From: an uncultured Chloroflexia bacterium
GTDB lineage: Bacteria > Chloroflexota > Anaerolineae > CG2-30-64-16
Reading direction: 5' to 3'
Length of the DNA: 64,000 nt
NCBI GenBank assembly: GCA_963774265.1
Contig: CAVZDU010000006.1
Location: 320,001-384,000, forward strand
The number at the start of each line of letters is the position of its first letter. Position 1 is the stretch's first letter. Of this stretch, positions 31,693-41,193 are shown piece by piece. A model generated the notes under the pieces. It ran no database searches, was not told the origin of the DNA, and worked only from the letters and a program-made list of their open reading frames with translations. The translations under genes were made by a program, and so were the position numbers.

Positions 31693-32727
31693 GTGTTCAA
31701 ACGCAATTTCCAAAGTCTGCTCTTCATTGTAGTGCTGATCGTCAGCGTCGCTGGGTGCGCTGCGGTGCCCACAGCCGCGCCGGCCGCCCCAACCGCGGCC
31801 GCCCCGATCGCGGCCCCTGCGACCGCGGCCCCCGCAGCCGCGAAGCCTTTCCGCGTCGCGATGGTCCTGCACGGCGCCGTCAACGACAAGAGTTGGAACG
31901 AGGCCGGGTACAACGGCCTGACTCAAATCAAAGAGCAGTTGGGCGCCGAGATTGCTTTCCAGGAGAGGGTGCCGTTGGATAACGCCGAAGAGGCGATGCG
32001 CACCTTCGCTTCCCAGGGGTATGACCTGGTGATCGGCCACGGAGATGAGTTCTCTGAGGCGGGCAAGGTGGTAGCGCCCGAATTTCCCAACATCAAATTT
32101 GCCGTCGTGAACGGAGCCAACACCGGCGCCAACCTGGCCTCCATCTCGATGTTCGATGAACAGCTCACCTACCTGACCGGCATCGTGGCAGCCATGACGA
32201 CCAAGTCCAACAAAATTGGCTTCATCGGCGGCCTGGAGATCCCACCGGTGGTCCGCAACGGCAACGGCTTTGAGTTGGGCGCTAAAGCCACCAAGCCTGA
32301 TGTCACCGTTGTCAAGACCATCATTGGCGACTTCAATGACGCTAACAAGGGCAAGGAAGCCGCCCTGGCCATGGCCGAGCAGGGCGTGGATGTCATCTAC
32401 TACTACGTGGATCAGGCCATGCTGGGTATCCAGGAGGCGGCCAAGGCCAAGAACGTGAAATTGATCGGCTGCATCTTCGACCAACATGCTCTGGCGCCCG
32501 ATCTGATGTTGACCAGCGCCATCCAGGACACGCCCGGGGCCATCGTGCTGACTGCCAGGGCCGTCAAGGAAGGCACATTCAAAGGCGAGTTGTTGCTTTA
32601 CGGCATGGACAGCGGTGCGCTGATCATGGCCCCCTACTACGGCAATGTAACGCCGGAGGTAGAGGCGGCTGTGAAGAAGGCACAGGAAGAGATCATCTCC
32701 GGCAAGATCGTGGTGCCGCGCACCTGA
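31693..32727 (+). CDS. BMP family (PnrA-like) nucleoside ABC transporter lipoprotein
   Basis: AGGAGG RBS, lipobox VAGC, DKSWNEAGYNG, TKSNKIGFIGG. Confidence 0.9.
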   Translation: MFKRNFQSLLFIVVLIVSVAGCAAVPTAAPAAPTAAAPIAAPATAAPAAAKPFRVAMVLHGAVNDKSWNEAGYNGLTQIKEQLGAEIAFQERVPLDNAEEAMRTFASQGYDLVIGHGDEFSEAGKVVAPEFPNIKFAVVNGANTGANLASISMFDEQLTYLTGIVAAMTTKSNKIGFIGGLEIPPVVRNGNGFELGAKATKPDVTVVKTIIGDFNDANKGKEAALAMAEQGVDVIYYYVDQAMLGIQEAAKAKNVKLIGCIFDQHALAPDLMLTSAIQDTPGAIVLTARAVKEGTFKGELLLYGMDSGALIMAPYYGNVTPEVEAAVKKAQEEIISGKIVVPRT

Positions 32728-32737
32728 TAGGGCTCGG

Positions 32738-34309
32738 ATGACCGGCAATGACGGCGGAGGGGAAGCGTTCGCGCCTCCCCTCCTTGAACTGCACGGAATA
32801 ACCAAGAGCTTTGGCGCCCTCCGGGCCAACGACGGCATTGACCTGGACGTCCGTCAGGGCGAGGTTCATGCGCTGTTGGGCGAGAACGGCGCCGGCAAGA
32901 CCACGCTGATGAACATCCTGTATGGATTGGTTCATCCGGATGCAGGCGAAATCCTCCTGAACGGCGTGCCAATACGCATCACATCCCCGCGCGCTGCCAT
33001 CCGCCATCACATCGGCATGGTTCATCAGCACTTCATGCTCATCCCAAATCTGACGGTTGTCGAGAACGTGATCTTGGGGCTCCCTGTCGAACGCGAGCCG
33101 TTCTTGGATCTGCGAGCGGCAACCGCGCGGCTCCGCAACCTGTCCGACGAGTACGGCCTGGCGGTTGATCCCACCGCCCTGGTCGCAAATCTGCCCGTTG
33201 GTGTCCAGCAGCGCATCGAGATTCTGAAAGCTCTGTACCGCGGGGCCGAGCTACTGGTTCTTGACGAGCCGACCGCGGTCCTTTCGCCGGGCGAGATCCA
33301 CGATTTCTTTCGCGTGCTCAAGGGCCTGGTGGCGAAAGGGCTCTCGGCGATCTTCATCTCCCACAAGCTGGAGGAGGTGCTGGAGGTTAGCCAGCGCATC
33401 ACCGTGTTGCGCCGCGGTCGCAAGGTTGGTACGATCGCCGTCGATCAAGCCAGCCTGCAAGTGCTTGCGGAGATGATGGTGGGCCGTCAGGTGGTATCTC
33501 GGGCGCGACCTCAGCCGCATCCCTTCGGCCCACCGATCCTGCGCGTCGACGGGATCGAGGCGGTTGACGATGGCGGACAACCGGCGTTAAAGGAAGTTAG
33601 CTTTCAGGTGCGCGGCGGTGAGGTTCTGGGCATTGCCGGGGTGGACGGCAATGGTCAACAACAGTTGGCCGAAGTGTTGGCCGGGCTGCGCCCGGCGCGC
33701 GCGGGGCGGATCACGGTGAGCGGGACCGATCTGACCGGATGCCCGCCCGAAGTATTTATCCGGCACGGTGTGGGTTACGTACCGGCCGATCGCCAGAACG
33801 TCGGATTGATTCTGGATTTCTCGGTTGACGAGAACCTGGTCATCAAGCGCAGCGACCAGCCGGCCTTTTCGCGCCATGGCGTGCTGCGCCCGACCGCCAT
33901 TCACGGATACGCCCGCCGCGTGGTTGATGCCTACGATATCCGCGACGCGGGCCAGGAGACGCGCGTGCGCCAGCTATCCGGTGGCAACCAGCAAAAAGTT
34001 GTGCTGGCGCGCGAAATCGAGGATGGACCGGTGCTGATGGTGGCGGTGCATCCCACCCGCGGCATGGATATCGGAGCCACCGAGTACGTACAACAGCGCA
34101 TCCTTGAGCAGCGCGATCAGGGTGTGGCCGTGGTGCTGATCTCCAGCGAGCTTGAAGAGCTTCTGCTGCTTGCGGATCGCATCGCCGTCATGTTCCGCGG
34201 GGAAATCATGGGCATTCTTCCTGGCGATGGTGCGTCCGTCGAGGTCATCGGGCGCATGATGTTGGGCCAACGCGAGGATCTGGCGTCGCAGGAAGGTGGC
34301 GGCTTATGA
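32738..34309 (+). CDS. Nucleoside/sugar ABC transporter ATP-binding protein (two NBDs)
   Basis: GENGAGKTTL, GMVHQHFML, LDEPTAVL, LSGGNQQK, PTRGMDIGA. Confidence 0.93.
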   Translation: MTGNDGGGEAFAPPLLELHGITKSFGALRANDGIDLDVRQGEVHALLGENGAGKTTLMNILYGLVHPDAGEILLNGVPIRITSPRAAIRHHIGMVHQHFMLIPNLTVVENVILGLPVEREPFLDLRAATARLRNLSDEYGLAVDPTALVANLPVGVQQRIEILKALYRGAELLVLDEPTAVLSPGEIHDFFRVLKGLVAKGLSAIFISHKLEEVLEVSQRITVLRRGRKVGTIAVDQASLQVLAEMMVGRQVVSRARPQPHPFGPPILRVDGIEAVDDGGQPALKEVSFQVRGGEVLGIAGVDGNGQQQLAEVLAGLRPARAGRITVSGTDLTGCPPEVFIRHGVGYVPADRQNVGLILDFSVDENLVIKRSDQPAFSRHGVLRPTAIHGYARRVVDAYDIRDAGQETRVRQLSGGNQQKVVLAREIEDGPVLMVAVHPTRGMDIGATEYVQQRILEQRDQGVAVVLISSELEELLLLADRIAVMFRGEIMGILPGDGASVEVIGRMMLGQREDLASQEGGGL

Positions 34310-35457
34310 GCCTGGCTGCGCCCGACCGCTGGGTCCAGCTTGCTGGCCGATCCCTGTTGCGCCAGGCGAAGCAGTTGGTTCTGCCGCTTCTGTCCATCGT
34401 AGTTGCCCTGCTGATTGGTGCGCTCATGATGTCGGCTATCGGCATCGACCCCCTGCGCGCCTACGCCGCGTTGTGGTCGGGGATTGCCGCCAGCCGCTAC
34501 CAGATCGGCATCACCCTGGTCAAGGCCACACCGTTGCTGTTCACCGGCCTGGGCCTGGGGTTCGCTTTTCGTTGTGGCGTGTTCAACATCGGCGGCGAGG
34601 GACAGATCTACATCGGCGCGTTGTTCGCCACGGTGATTGGGCTGCAGTATTGGGGGCTGCCGGCCTACGTTCACTTGCCGCTGGCATTGGCTGCCGGCTT
34701 CATCGGTGGCGGGCTATGGGGCGCCATCCCCGGTTACCTGAAGGCACGGTTGCAGGTCAACGAGGTTATCACGACGATCCTGCTGAACTACATCGCAATC
34801 TTCCTGGTAAGCTATTTCACTCACGGCCCTCTGAAGGAGAATCCAAATTCGGCGGCTTCGCTGCCGCACACAGCCGAAGTGTTGCTTACGAGCCGGTTGC
34901 CCCTCATCTGGCCCGGCACCCGCCTCCATCTGGGGTTCATCATCGGGCTGGTGGCCGCGGCCGTGCTCTGGTTCATCATGTTTCGCACTTCGTTTGGCTT
35001 CAAAGCACGCGCTGTGGGTCTCAGCCTGCCGGCCGCGCGCTACGCCGGCATGCGGGTCGTTCCTGTTATTACGCTGGCGATGTTCATCAGCGGCGGGTTA
35101 GCAGGGGTGGCGGGATCGGTTGAGATTCTCGCCGTGCAACGCCGCTTACGCGATGCGTTCTCGGCCGGCACGGGCTATACGGCCATCGCGATTGCCCTGC
35201 TGGGTCAGAATAATCCCATCGGCATCGTCGTGGCTGCGGTTGTATTCGGCGCGCTGGAGGCAGGCGCGAGCCAGATGGAAGCGCTCGCCGGAGTGCCTTC
35301 GACCATTGTGGAAATCATCCAGGCCATCATCATCTTCCTGGTGGCGCTCAGCGTAGCATGGCGCAACAAGACGCTGACGGGTTGGCTGAGGCGCGCGTTT
35401 GCGCGGTCCGGGACGCCCGATGGACGGGTGCGGAGGCTGCCGTGGAAGTCGCGCTGA
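34306..35457 (+). CDS. Nucleoside ABC transporter permease
   Basis: FNIGGEGQ, VNEVITTILLNYIA, AIAIALLG. Confidence 0.92.
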   Translation: MSLAAPDRWVQLAGRSLLRQAKQLVLPLLSIVVALLIGALMMSAIGIDPLRAYAALWSGIAASRYQIGITLVKATPLLFTGLGLGFAFRCGVFNIGGEGQIYIGALFATVIGLQYWGLPAYVHLPLALAAGFIGGGLWGAIPGYLKARLQVNEVITTILLNYIAIFLVSYFTHGPLKENPNSAASLPHTAEVLLTSRLPLIWPGTRLHLGFIIGLVAAAVLWFIMFRTSFGFKARAVGLSLPAARYAGMRVVPVITLAMFISGGLAGVAGSVEILAVQRRLRDAFSAGTGYTAIAIALLGQNNPIGIVVAAVVFGALEAGASQMEALAGVPSTIVEIIQAIIIFLVALSVAWRNKTLTGWLRRAFARSGTPDGRVRRLPWKSR

Positions 35458-36365
35458 TTATTTCGTTGGCCGCAGCCGGCATCCGCCTGGCCACATCGCT
35501 GCTCTTTGCTGCGCTCGGTGGCATCATCAGCGAGCGCTCGGGCGTTCTCAATATTGGGTTGGAGGGCATGCTGGTGGCCGGCACATTTGGCGGCTATGTC
35601 GGCGCGCTCGTCGGGCAGAATCCGTGGGCCGGCGTGGTGGGCGGCATACTGGCCGGAGCCCTGGTTGGGTTCCTGTTTGCGGTGCTTGCCGTCCTGTTGC
35701 AGGGCGATCAGGTCGTGCTGGGCACAGGCGTCAACATCATCGCTCTGGGGCTGACATCCTTCTTTTACCGGGCGATGTATCGCAACGGCATCTCGCAGTT
35801 CTTCCCCGGCTTCCAAATCTACCCCATCCCTGGCCTCGCTGAGATTCCAGTCCTCGGCCCGGTACTGTTTACCCAGATTCCGCTGGTCTACATCGCCTAC
35901 CTGCTTGTGCCGGCTGTGGCCTTTTTCCTTTACAGGACGACATGGGGGCTGAAGCTAAGAGCCGCGGGTGAGCATCCCCGGGCCGTCGACACGGCAGGCA
36001 TCTCCGTGCGCCTGGTCCGCATGGTCGCCGTTACCTTCAGCGGCGCGCTGGCAGGGCTGGGCGGTGCATTTCTTTGCGTGGGGCAGCTTTCGGCGTTTAC
36101 TGAGGGCCTGGTGGCCGGCCGGGGCTTCATCGCGCTGGCCGCGGTGATCTTCGGCCGCTGGGACCCGCTGCGCGCCGCTCTGGCCTGCCTCATGTTCGGG
36201 TTGGCTGACGCGCTGCAATTGCGGCTGCAGGGCCTGGGGGTTCCGATTCCGTATGAGTTTCTGCTCATGTTTCCATACGTGCTCACGCTGGTTACCTTCG
36301 TGATATTCGTGCATCGGGCCCGACCGCCTGCCGCTTTGGGTCAGCCATACGGCGGCCACGATTGA
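35442..36365 (+). CDS. Nucleoside ABC transporter permease
   Basis: SERSGVLNIGLEG, GLKLRAAGEHP, GRGFIALAAVIFGRW, PAALGQPY. Confidence 0.92.
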   Translation: MEVALIISLAAAGIRLATSLLFAALGGIISERSGVLNIGLEGMLVAGTFGGYVGALVGQNPWAGVVGGILAGALVGFLFAVLAVLLQGDQVVLGTGVNIIALGLTSFFYRAMYRNGISQFFPGFQIYPIPGLAEIPVLGPVLFTQIPLVYIAYLLVPAVAFFLYRTTWGLKLRAAGEHPRAVDTAGISVRLVRMVAVTFSGALAGLGGAFLCVGQLSAFTEGLVAGRGFIALAAVIFGRWDPLRAALACLMFGLADALQLRLQGLGVPIPYEFLLMFPYVLTLVTFVIFVHRARPPAALGQPYGGHD

Positions 36366-36408
36366 TGCCGAGCAAAAAGTCCTGGGCCGCGCGCTTTGGA
36401 GGAGAGGC

Positions 36409-37791
36409 ATGATCTTCGATAACGCCACCATCATTACCCTAAATCCGCGCCGCGAGATAGTCAGCCAGGGTGCGGTTGCTGTTTCCGGCCGCGAGATCGT
36501 CGCGGTCGGCAAGCGCGCTCACATCGTCGAGCGGTACCCAGAAAAAAAGCGCATTGACTGTCACGGAAACGTGCTGCTGCCCGGCCTGATTGATACCCAC
36601 GTGCATACGGCGCAGGCCATGCTGCGCGGCTGCGCCGATGACCTGCGACTGCTCGATTGGCTGTTCAAGCGAGTGTGGGTGCTGCAGGGCAGTTACACCG
36701 AGGAGGATGGCCAGGCAAGTGCCGCGCTCTGTGCGCTGGAGATGATCAAGTCAGGCACCACAGCCTTCATCGAATCCATGCTCGCGGAACGCTATGGGTT
36801 TGACGGCGTGGCCGAGGTGCTTCTTCGTTCCGGCATGCGGGCCGCCATCGGCAAGATCGTGATGGACCTGCCGACCTATGCGCGTTCCGAGAACCAGATG
36901 CATCCGGGCATGGTGGAAGATGGCGAGACGAGCATCCGCAACACCCTGGCTGCGTACGACCGGTGGCACGGCAAAGGAGATGGCCGGCTTCAGGTCTGGT
37001 TTGGACCGCGCACGCCGGGCGGTGTGACGCCTGCGCTGTACGACGAAATCAGCCAACTGGCGCGTGAGCGGGACATGGGCATCACGATCCATCTATCGGA
37101 GGTGCGCGAGGATCTGGACTACGCGGCTGCCCAGGGTTTCCGTTCGCCAGCTGAGTTTGCTCAGGCGCACGGGCTTCTGGGGCCTCGCACGGTGTTGGCT
37201 CACTTCGTGTGGAGTGATGCTGAGGATTGGCGCTTGCTTGCCCAAATGGGAACCCACGTGTCGCACAACCCGGCCTCCAACGCCAAGACAGCCACCGGCA
37301 TCGCCCCCGTGGCCGGCATGTTGGCCAGCGGGGTGAACGTCAGCCTGGGTTGTGATGGTGGACCCAGCAACAACACCTATGACATGATACGGGATATGCG
37401 CCTGGCCGCCTACCTTGCCAAGCTGCACGAGGGTGACGCGGCCGCAGTGCCTGCTGAGGTAATACTGGAAATGGCAACGATCAATGGAGCCCGGGCAATG
37501 GGAATCGACGACCTGGTGGGTTCCATCGAGATCGGCAAGCGCGCCGACCTGATCCTCATTAACATGGACGCGCCCCACCTGACGCCGGCTTGGGACCCTG
37601 TTTCGACAATCGTGTATGCCGCCACCGGCAACGACGTTGACACGGTGGTGATTGACGGCCGCATCGTCATGCAGGGGCGCAAGCTGCTGACGCTAGACGA
37701 GGAGTCTATACTGGAGGATGCCCGCCGGCGCTACCGCCAGGTTGCTCAGCGCGGCGGCCTCGATATCCGGCCGCGCTGGCCGGTGGTGTAG
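36409..37791 (+). CDS. Amidohydrolase, MTA/SAH or purine deaminase-like
   Basis: PGLIDTHVH, IHLSE, AHFV, HNPASN, LGCDG..SNN, GSIEIGKRADL. Confidence 0.88.
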   Translation: MIFDNATIITLNPRREIVSQGAVAVSGREIVAVGKRAHIVERYPEKKRIDCHGNVLLPGLIDTHVHTAQAMLRGCADDLRLLDWLFKRVWVLQGSYTEEDGQASAALCALEMIKSGTTAFIESMLAERYGFDGVAEVLLRSGMRAAIGKIVMDLPTYARSENQMHPGMVEDGETSIRNTLAAYDRWHGKGDGRLQVWFGPRTPGGVTPALYDEISQLARERDMGITIHLSEVREDLDYAAAQGFRSPAEFAQAHGLLGPRTVLAHFVWSDAEDWRLLAQMGTHVSHNPASNAKTATGIAPVAGMLASGVNVSLGCDGGPSNNTYDMIRDMRLAAYLAKLHEGDAAAVPAEVILEMATINGARAMGIDDLVGSIEIGKRADLILINMDAPHLTPAWDPVSTIVYAATGNDVDTVVIDGRIVMQGRKLLTLDEESILEDARRRYRQVAQRGGLDIRPRWPVV

Positions 37792-37991
37792 GATTGGGCG
37801 ATTCCGTGTTGGGTGTGTCTCGCGTGCATAACCGGAAATCCATATCGACGCTGCGCACCGCAAGAGCAGGAACCGCCCAACTACAGCGATTTCAGCGGGT
37901 CTTATGTTTACTTTAGTGCCGGCGAGTCTGCGCGATTCCTATCCAGCGAATTCAGAGGGCATCCCAATGTGATGAAGTGTGCCGCTCCGGC

Positions 37992-38783
37992 CTATTGCTG
38001 ACGCGCAGTTCCACTTTCTGCGGGCATCCGTTGCTGCAGCTCGTCGGCAAAGCGGTCGGCGAATAGCTCCGCATCCCCGCACCAGCGTGAGGTGATCAAG
38101 TTGCCGTCGGAGACCACATAAGGACGCAGAATGCTCGGCCCACTGGAGAAATCGTCAGGATGCTCCAGGCAAGCGCGCACCTCCTCGGTCACGCAGCAGG
38201 AATACATGAGATAGCCACGCCTGAGCAGCCAGGAGTCGAGCAAGTAGGCGGCGCGATCTAGCGACCTGGGTAACGCGGTGACCTTATAACCATGGAGGAT
38301 GCTGCGTCCGGTTTGAGGATCGATTGTGCGGGCGAGCACCAGCACGCCGTGACAGAGTGCGCCGATCAGCCTGCCCTGCTGCCAGAATTGCAGCACCTTA
38401 CTCCGCAGTACTGGGCTTTCCAGGTACTGGCGCACGCAGGGGGCATCTCCGCCGGGCAGCAGTATCGCCTGGTATCGGTCGGGATCAATCTCGGCGTAGG
38501 GGATCGGGTGCTGGTAGGCCGGATCTTCCGTCATTTGCCGGTAAGCCACCTGAGCTTCTGCACTTGCACTAAGCAGTCCCGGGAGCGGCCCTTTCAGCTT
38601 GTGCAGATCGGCCTGCGCGATGCTTCCCTGTTCGGTGCTGAAAGCAACTCCCCACCGGCGAGAAGCGCACACCTTCCAGGGAATCGCGGCTTCGGTGGGA
38701 TCGAAACCGTGATCTGGGAGCGGCATGAGGATACTGGGGATGGTCCTGCCTGGATTGGTCCCTGTGGTACTCGTTTCGGCCAT
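37992..38783 (-). CDS. DJ-1/PfpI (type 1 glutamine amidotransferase-like) protein
   Basis: FDPTEAAIPW, LLPGG, GALCHG, VSDGNLITSRW. Confidence 0.85.
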   Translation of the reverse strand: MAETSTTGTNPGRTIPSILMPLPDHGFDPTEAAIPWKVCASRRWGVAFSTEQGSIAQADLHKLKGPLPGLLSASAEAQVAYRQMTEDPAYQHPIPYAEIDPDRYQAILLPGGDAPCVRQYLESPVLRSKVLQFWQQGRLIGALCHGVLVLARTIDPQTGRSILHGYKVTALPRSLDRAAYLLDSWLLRRGYLMYSCCVTEEVRACLEHPDDFSSGPSILRPYVVSDGNLITSRWCGDAELFADRFADELQQRMPAESGTARQQ

Positions 38784-38876
38784 GGCCTGTGCCTCCTGCG
38801 ACCCGGTACGCTAAGGAAATTGGGTTGCCCGGGTCAGCCCGTCTTCACATCTGCGGCTATTCCCAGCCATGATTCG

Positions 38877-39764
38877 TTATTGGTGCGTATCTCTCAGCCA
38901 GACGTTCCTCGCCTCGGCACTCTCCTGTCTTGGGATAAGCTTTATGGCATCGTTTGGACATGCTGCCCGGCAAACACCGCACCCGAAACACCTGGTAGGA
39001 TCGATGTAGACCTTGGCAAGGGCAGACGAGTAGAATTGGGCACCGAACTGACATTGACTCATGCACGCCTTGCACCCTGTGCAGAGATCCCAGTCTGTCC
39101 GGCAGATATACTCCGCTCGGAAGAAGCTGGGCGCCCCTCGCATCTCGACGTAACCCCTGTATGCCCCGCAATCTCGATCGCAGTTGCATACGCCTATCAC
39201 GTATGGGGCAACGCCTGTCCACACGCTGTGCATCAGCCCTTCTTCATCGAAACGCCGGAATATCCTTTTCGCCTCCTCCTTGTCCAAAACTTCCAGTGAT
39301 GCAGCAGCGTCCGGATAACGCCCCAGGATGCCCCATTTGTCCATGCCCAAGCCAAAGCAGTAGCGCTGGTCCGTTTTCCCCGTGTTGATGAATCGGCATC
39401 CGCAAGGCATTCGCGTGATCGAGTCCGCGAGGTTGATCACCTTCTCAACGTCCTCGATGGGCAAGACCTGGCCAAAGTGCTCGACCTTGCGCTGTGCCAC
39501 GATCGCATCCTCGCTCGGTGGCACTTTAGGAGACGTGACCTCTGACCGAGCACCCTGTGGCGCCATGGGCGTCCTGGTTATTCCGCCCATGGCCGGCAGC
39601 ACAAAGTCCTCCCAGAAGCGATTGTTCCACTCGAGACGGGTCGTGGCGGCAACGGCACCTTTCTGGGCAGCCGTGAGCTCCTCATAGAGCAACACGTCGG
39701 CGTAGTTCTTCATCTGCAGGTACCACTTTTTACCCTCACCATGTTGGGTACAGAACTCGCACAT
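38877..39764 (-). CDS. 4Fe-4S dicluster protein
   Basis: MCEFCTQHG, PCGCR, CNCDRDC, CTGCKACMSQC, CFGCGVCRAAC. Confidence 0.85.
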   Translation of the reverse strand: MCEFCTQHGEGKKWYLQMKNYADVLLYEELTAAQKGAVAATTRLEWNNRFWEDFVLPAMGGITRTPMAPQGARSEVTSPKVPPSEDAIVAQRKVEHFGQVLPIEDVEKVINLADSITRMPCGCRFINTGKTDQRYCFGLGMDKWGILGRYPDAAASLEVLDKEEAKRIFRRFDEEGLMHSVWTGVAPYVIGVCNCDRDCGAYRGYVEMRGAPSFFRAEYICRTDWDLCTGCKACMSQCQFGAQFYSSALAKVYIDPTRCFGCGVCRAACPNDAIKLIPRQESAEARNVWLRDTHQ

Positions 39765-39946
39765 TCTGCTCTCCTTTCAACGATGCATCGGTCGCGCTGT
39801 CTGGCGCAACATACACCGACTTGCGCGATATTCATCCAGCGGATTGGGTCATTTCTGAACAATTTGCCCAGAGTCCGCTCCTCCGACGAATGATTGGGTG
39901 GCGGAGTACGCTCTTCACCGTACTCCCTTTCCGATCTAGCCGTCCT

Positions 39947-40762
39947 CTACTCATTCTTCTGCGGTTCGAGGCATATGCCAGTCAGGTCACGAAGCTCGTC
40001 GCCCGTCGACAGTTGCCCCGCGAAACGGCTCGTGAAACGCACAGCCGGCGCTCCGTCGACGATGTCGTGATCGAACGAGACCGTCAGGCAGAGATGCTCC
40101 CGCTCCTGCAGAGCGCCATCGACGAGCGTCGGGCGCCTCGCAATCGTGCCAACGGTCACGGTGACAGTTGCGCTGGTGAGTGGTACGGCCCACAGCGACC
40201 CTGAGCCATACATGCCAATGCTAGTCACCCCAACGACGCCGAACCGCTTCTGCATGCCGATATTGTGGGACGCGAGGCGGATGAAGGTGCGAAGCAGGAA
40301 ACCCGGGATGAAGCGGATCCATGCGAACCCCGTCGCCGCGCCGAGACGCTCCCCCGCGTGCTGCTGGGCCGCCCGCAGCTCGTCATTGATCTGACGGAGC
40401 GTCTTTCGATTGGCCGCCTGGATTCCTACCGGCTCAGGGACGCTCTCGCCATCGATCTCGCGCTCGAAAAGGACGCTGATCGTGAGATCGTCGAGCACGA
40501 TCAGCCGGCTTCCTTTGCGAAAGGAGTTGAACTTCGGGAAGGCGTCAAACGTGCGGGCCAGGCAGGCCACGATGTAACCTGTGAGTGACAACCTCTCCCC
40601 TGTGCGCTCGCGATGTTCAGCGATGAGACGGCGCGGTTCGGTGATATCCACCTCCGTGATGAGGTGAATCGTGTTCTTCTCCCCATTCACAGTCGCGGCT
40701 GCAGCAACCATTTGTCGATTGCCGCCAAACGTCTCGACCCGGTATCCTTTGCCCTCGCCCAT
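39947..40762 (-). CDS. Stand-alone 2-oxoacid dehydrogenase E2 catalytic-domain protein
   Basis: EVDIT, LTVSFDHDIVDGAPA. No lipoyl domain. Confidence 0.85.
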   Translation of the reverse strand: MGEGKGYRVETFGGNRQMVAAAATVNGEKNTIHLITEVDITEPRRLIAEHRERTGERLSLTGYIVACLARTFDAFPKFNSFRKGSRLIVLDDLTISVLFEREIDGESVPEPVGIQAANRKTLRQINDELRAAQQHAGERLGAATGFAWIRFIPGFLLRTFIRLASHNIGMQKRFGVVGVTSIGMYGSGSLWAVPLTSATVTVTVGTIARRPTLVDGALQEREHLCLTVSFDHDIVDGAPAVRFTSRFAGQLSTGDELRDLTGICLEPQKNE

Positions 40763-40870
40763 CGGCCCTCCCCACCTCTACGCCAATCGACTGCTACAGG
40801 ATACACCCCATTGAGCAGTTTTCGTCTACCGAATTTGGTTCATGTGGTGGGTCACCAGCAACATCCGCCA

Positions 40871-41182
40871 TTATCGCCCACGCGGCCGCCTGCGCATGTC
40901 GATGATCACAATGATCAGGGCCACGATGAGCAGGAGGAGGTCGCCGGCGAGCAGTACTGCCGGCGTGATGCCCTGTTCCCTCAGTCCGGCCAAGGAACCC
41001 GGGGGCTGGCCGACCGATGCAGGCGTTGCCTGGATATTCACAGGACTTGCAGTCGCAGGCAGTGGGGTCCCAGTTGCGGTTGGTTCAAGGAAAAACACGG
41101 TTGCTTGGGTGGGGAGCGCGGATGGGAAGGTCAACGCGAGCACAAGCAGTGCCAGGGCGAACAGGCTATGCGGGACCTTCAT
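40871..41182 (-). CDS. Small Pro/Thr-rich membrane protein
   Basis: Signal-like N-terminus, PT linker, C-terminal TM helix followed by an Arg cluster. Confidence 0.55.
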   Translation of the reverse strand: MKVPHSLFALALLVLALTFPSALPTQATVFFLEPTATGTPLPATASPVNIQATPASVGQPPGSLAGLREQGITPAVLLAGDLLLLIVALIIVIIDMRRRPRGR

Positions 41183-41193
41183 GGCGGCGGTCG

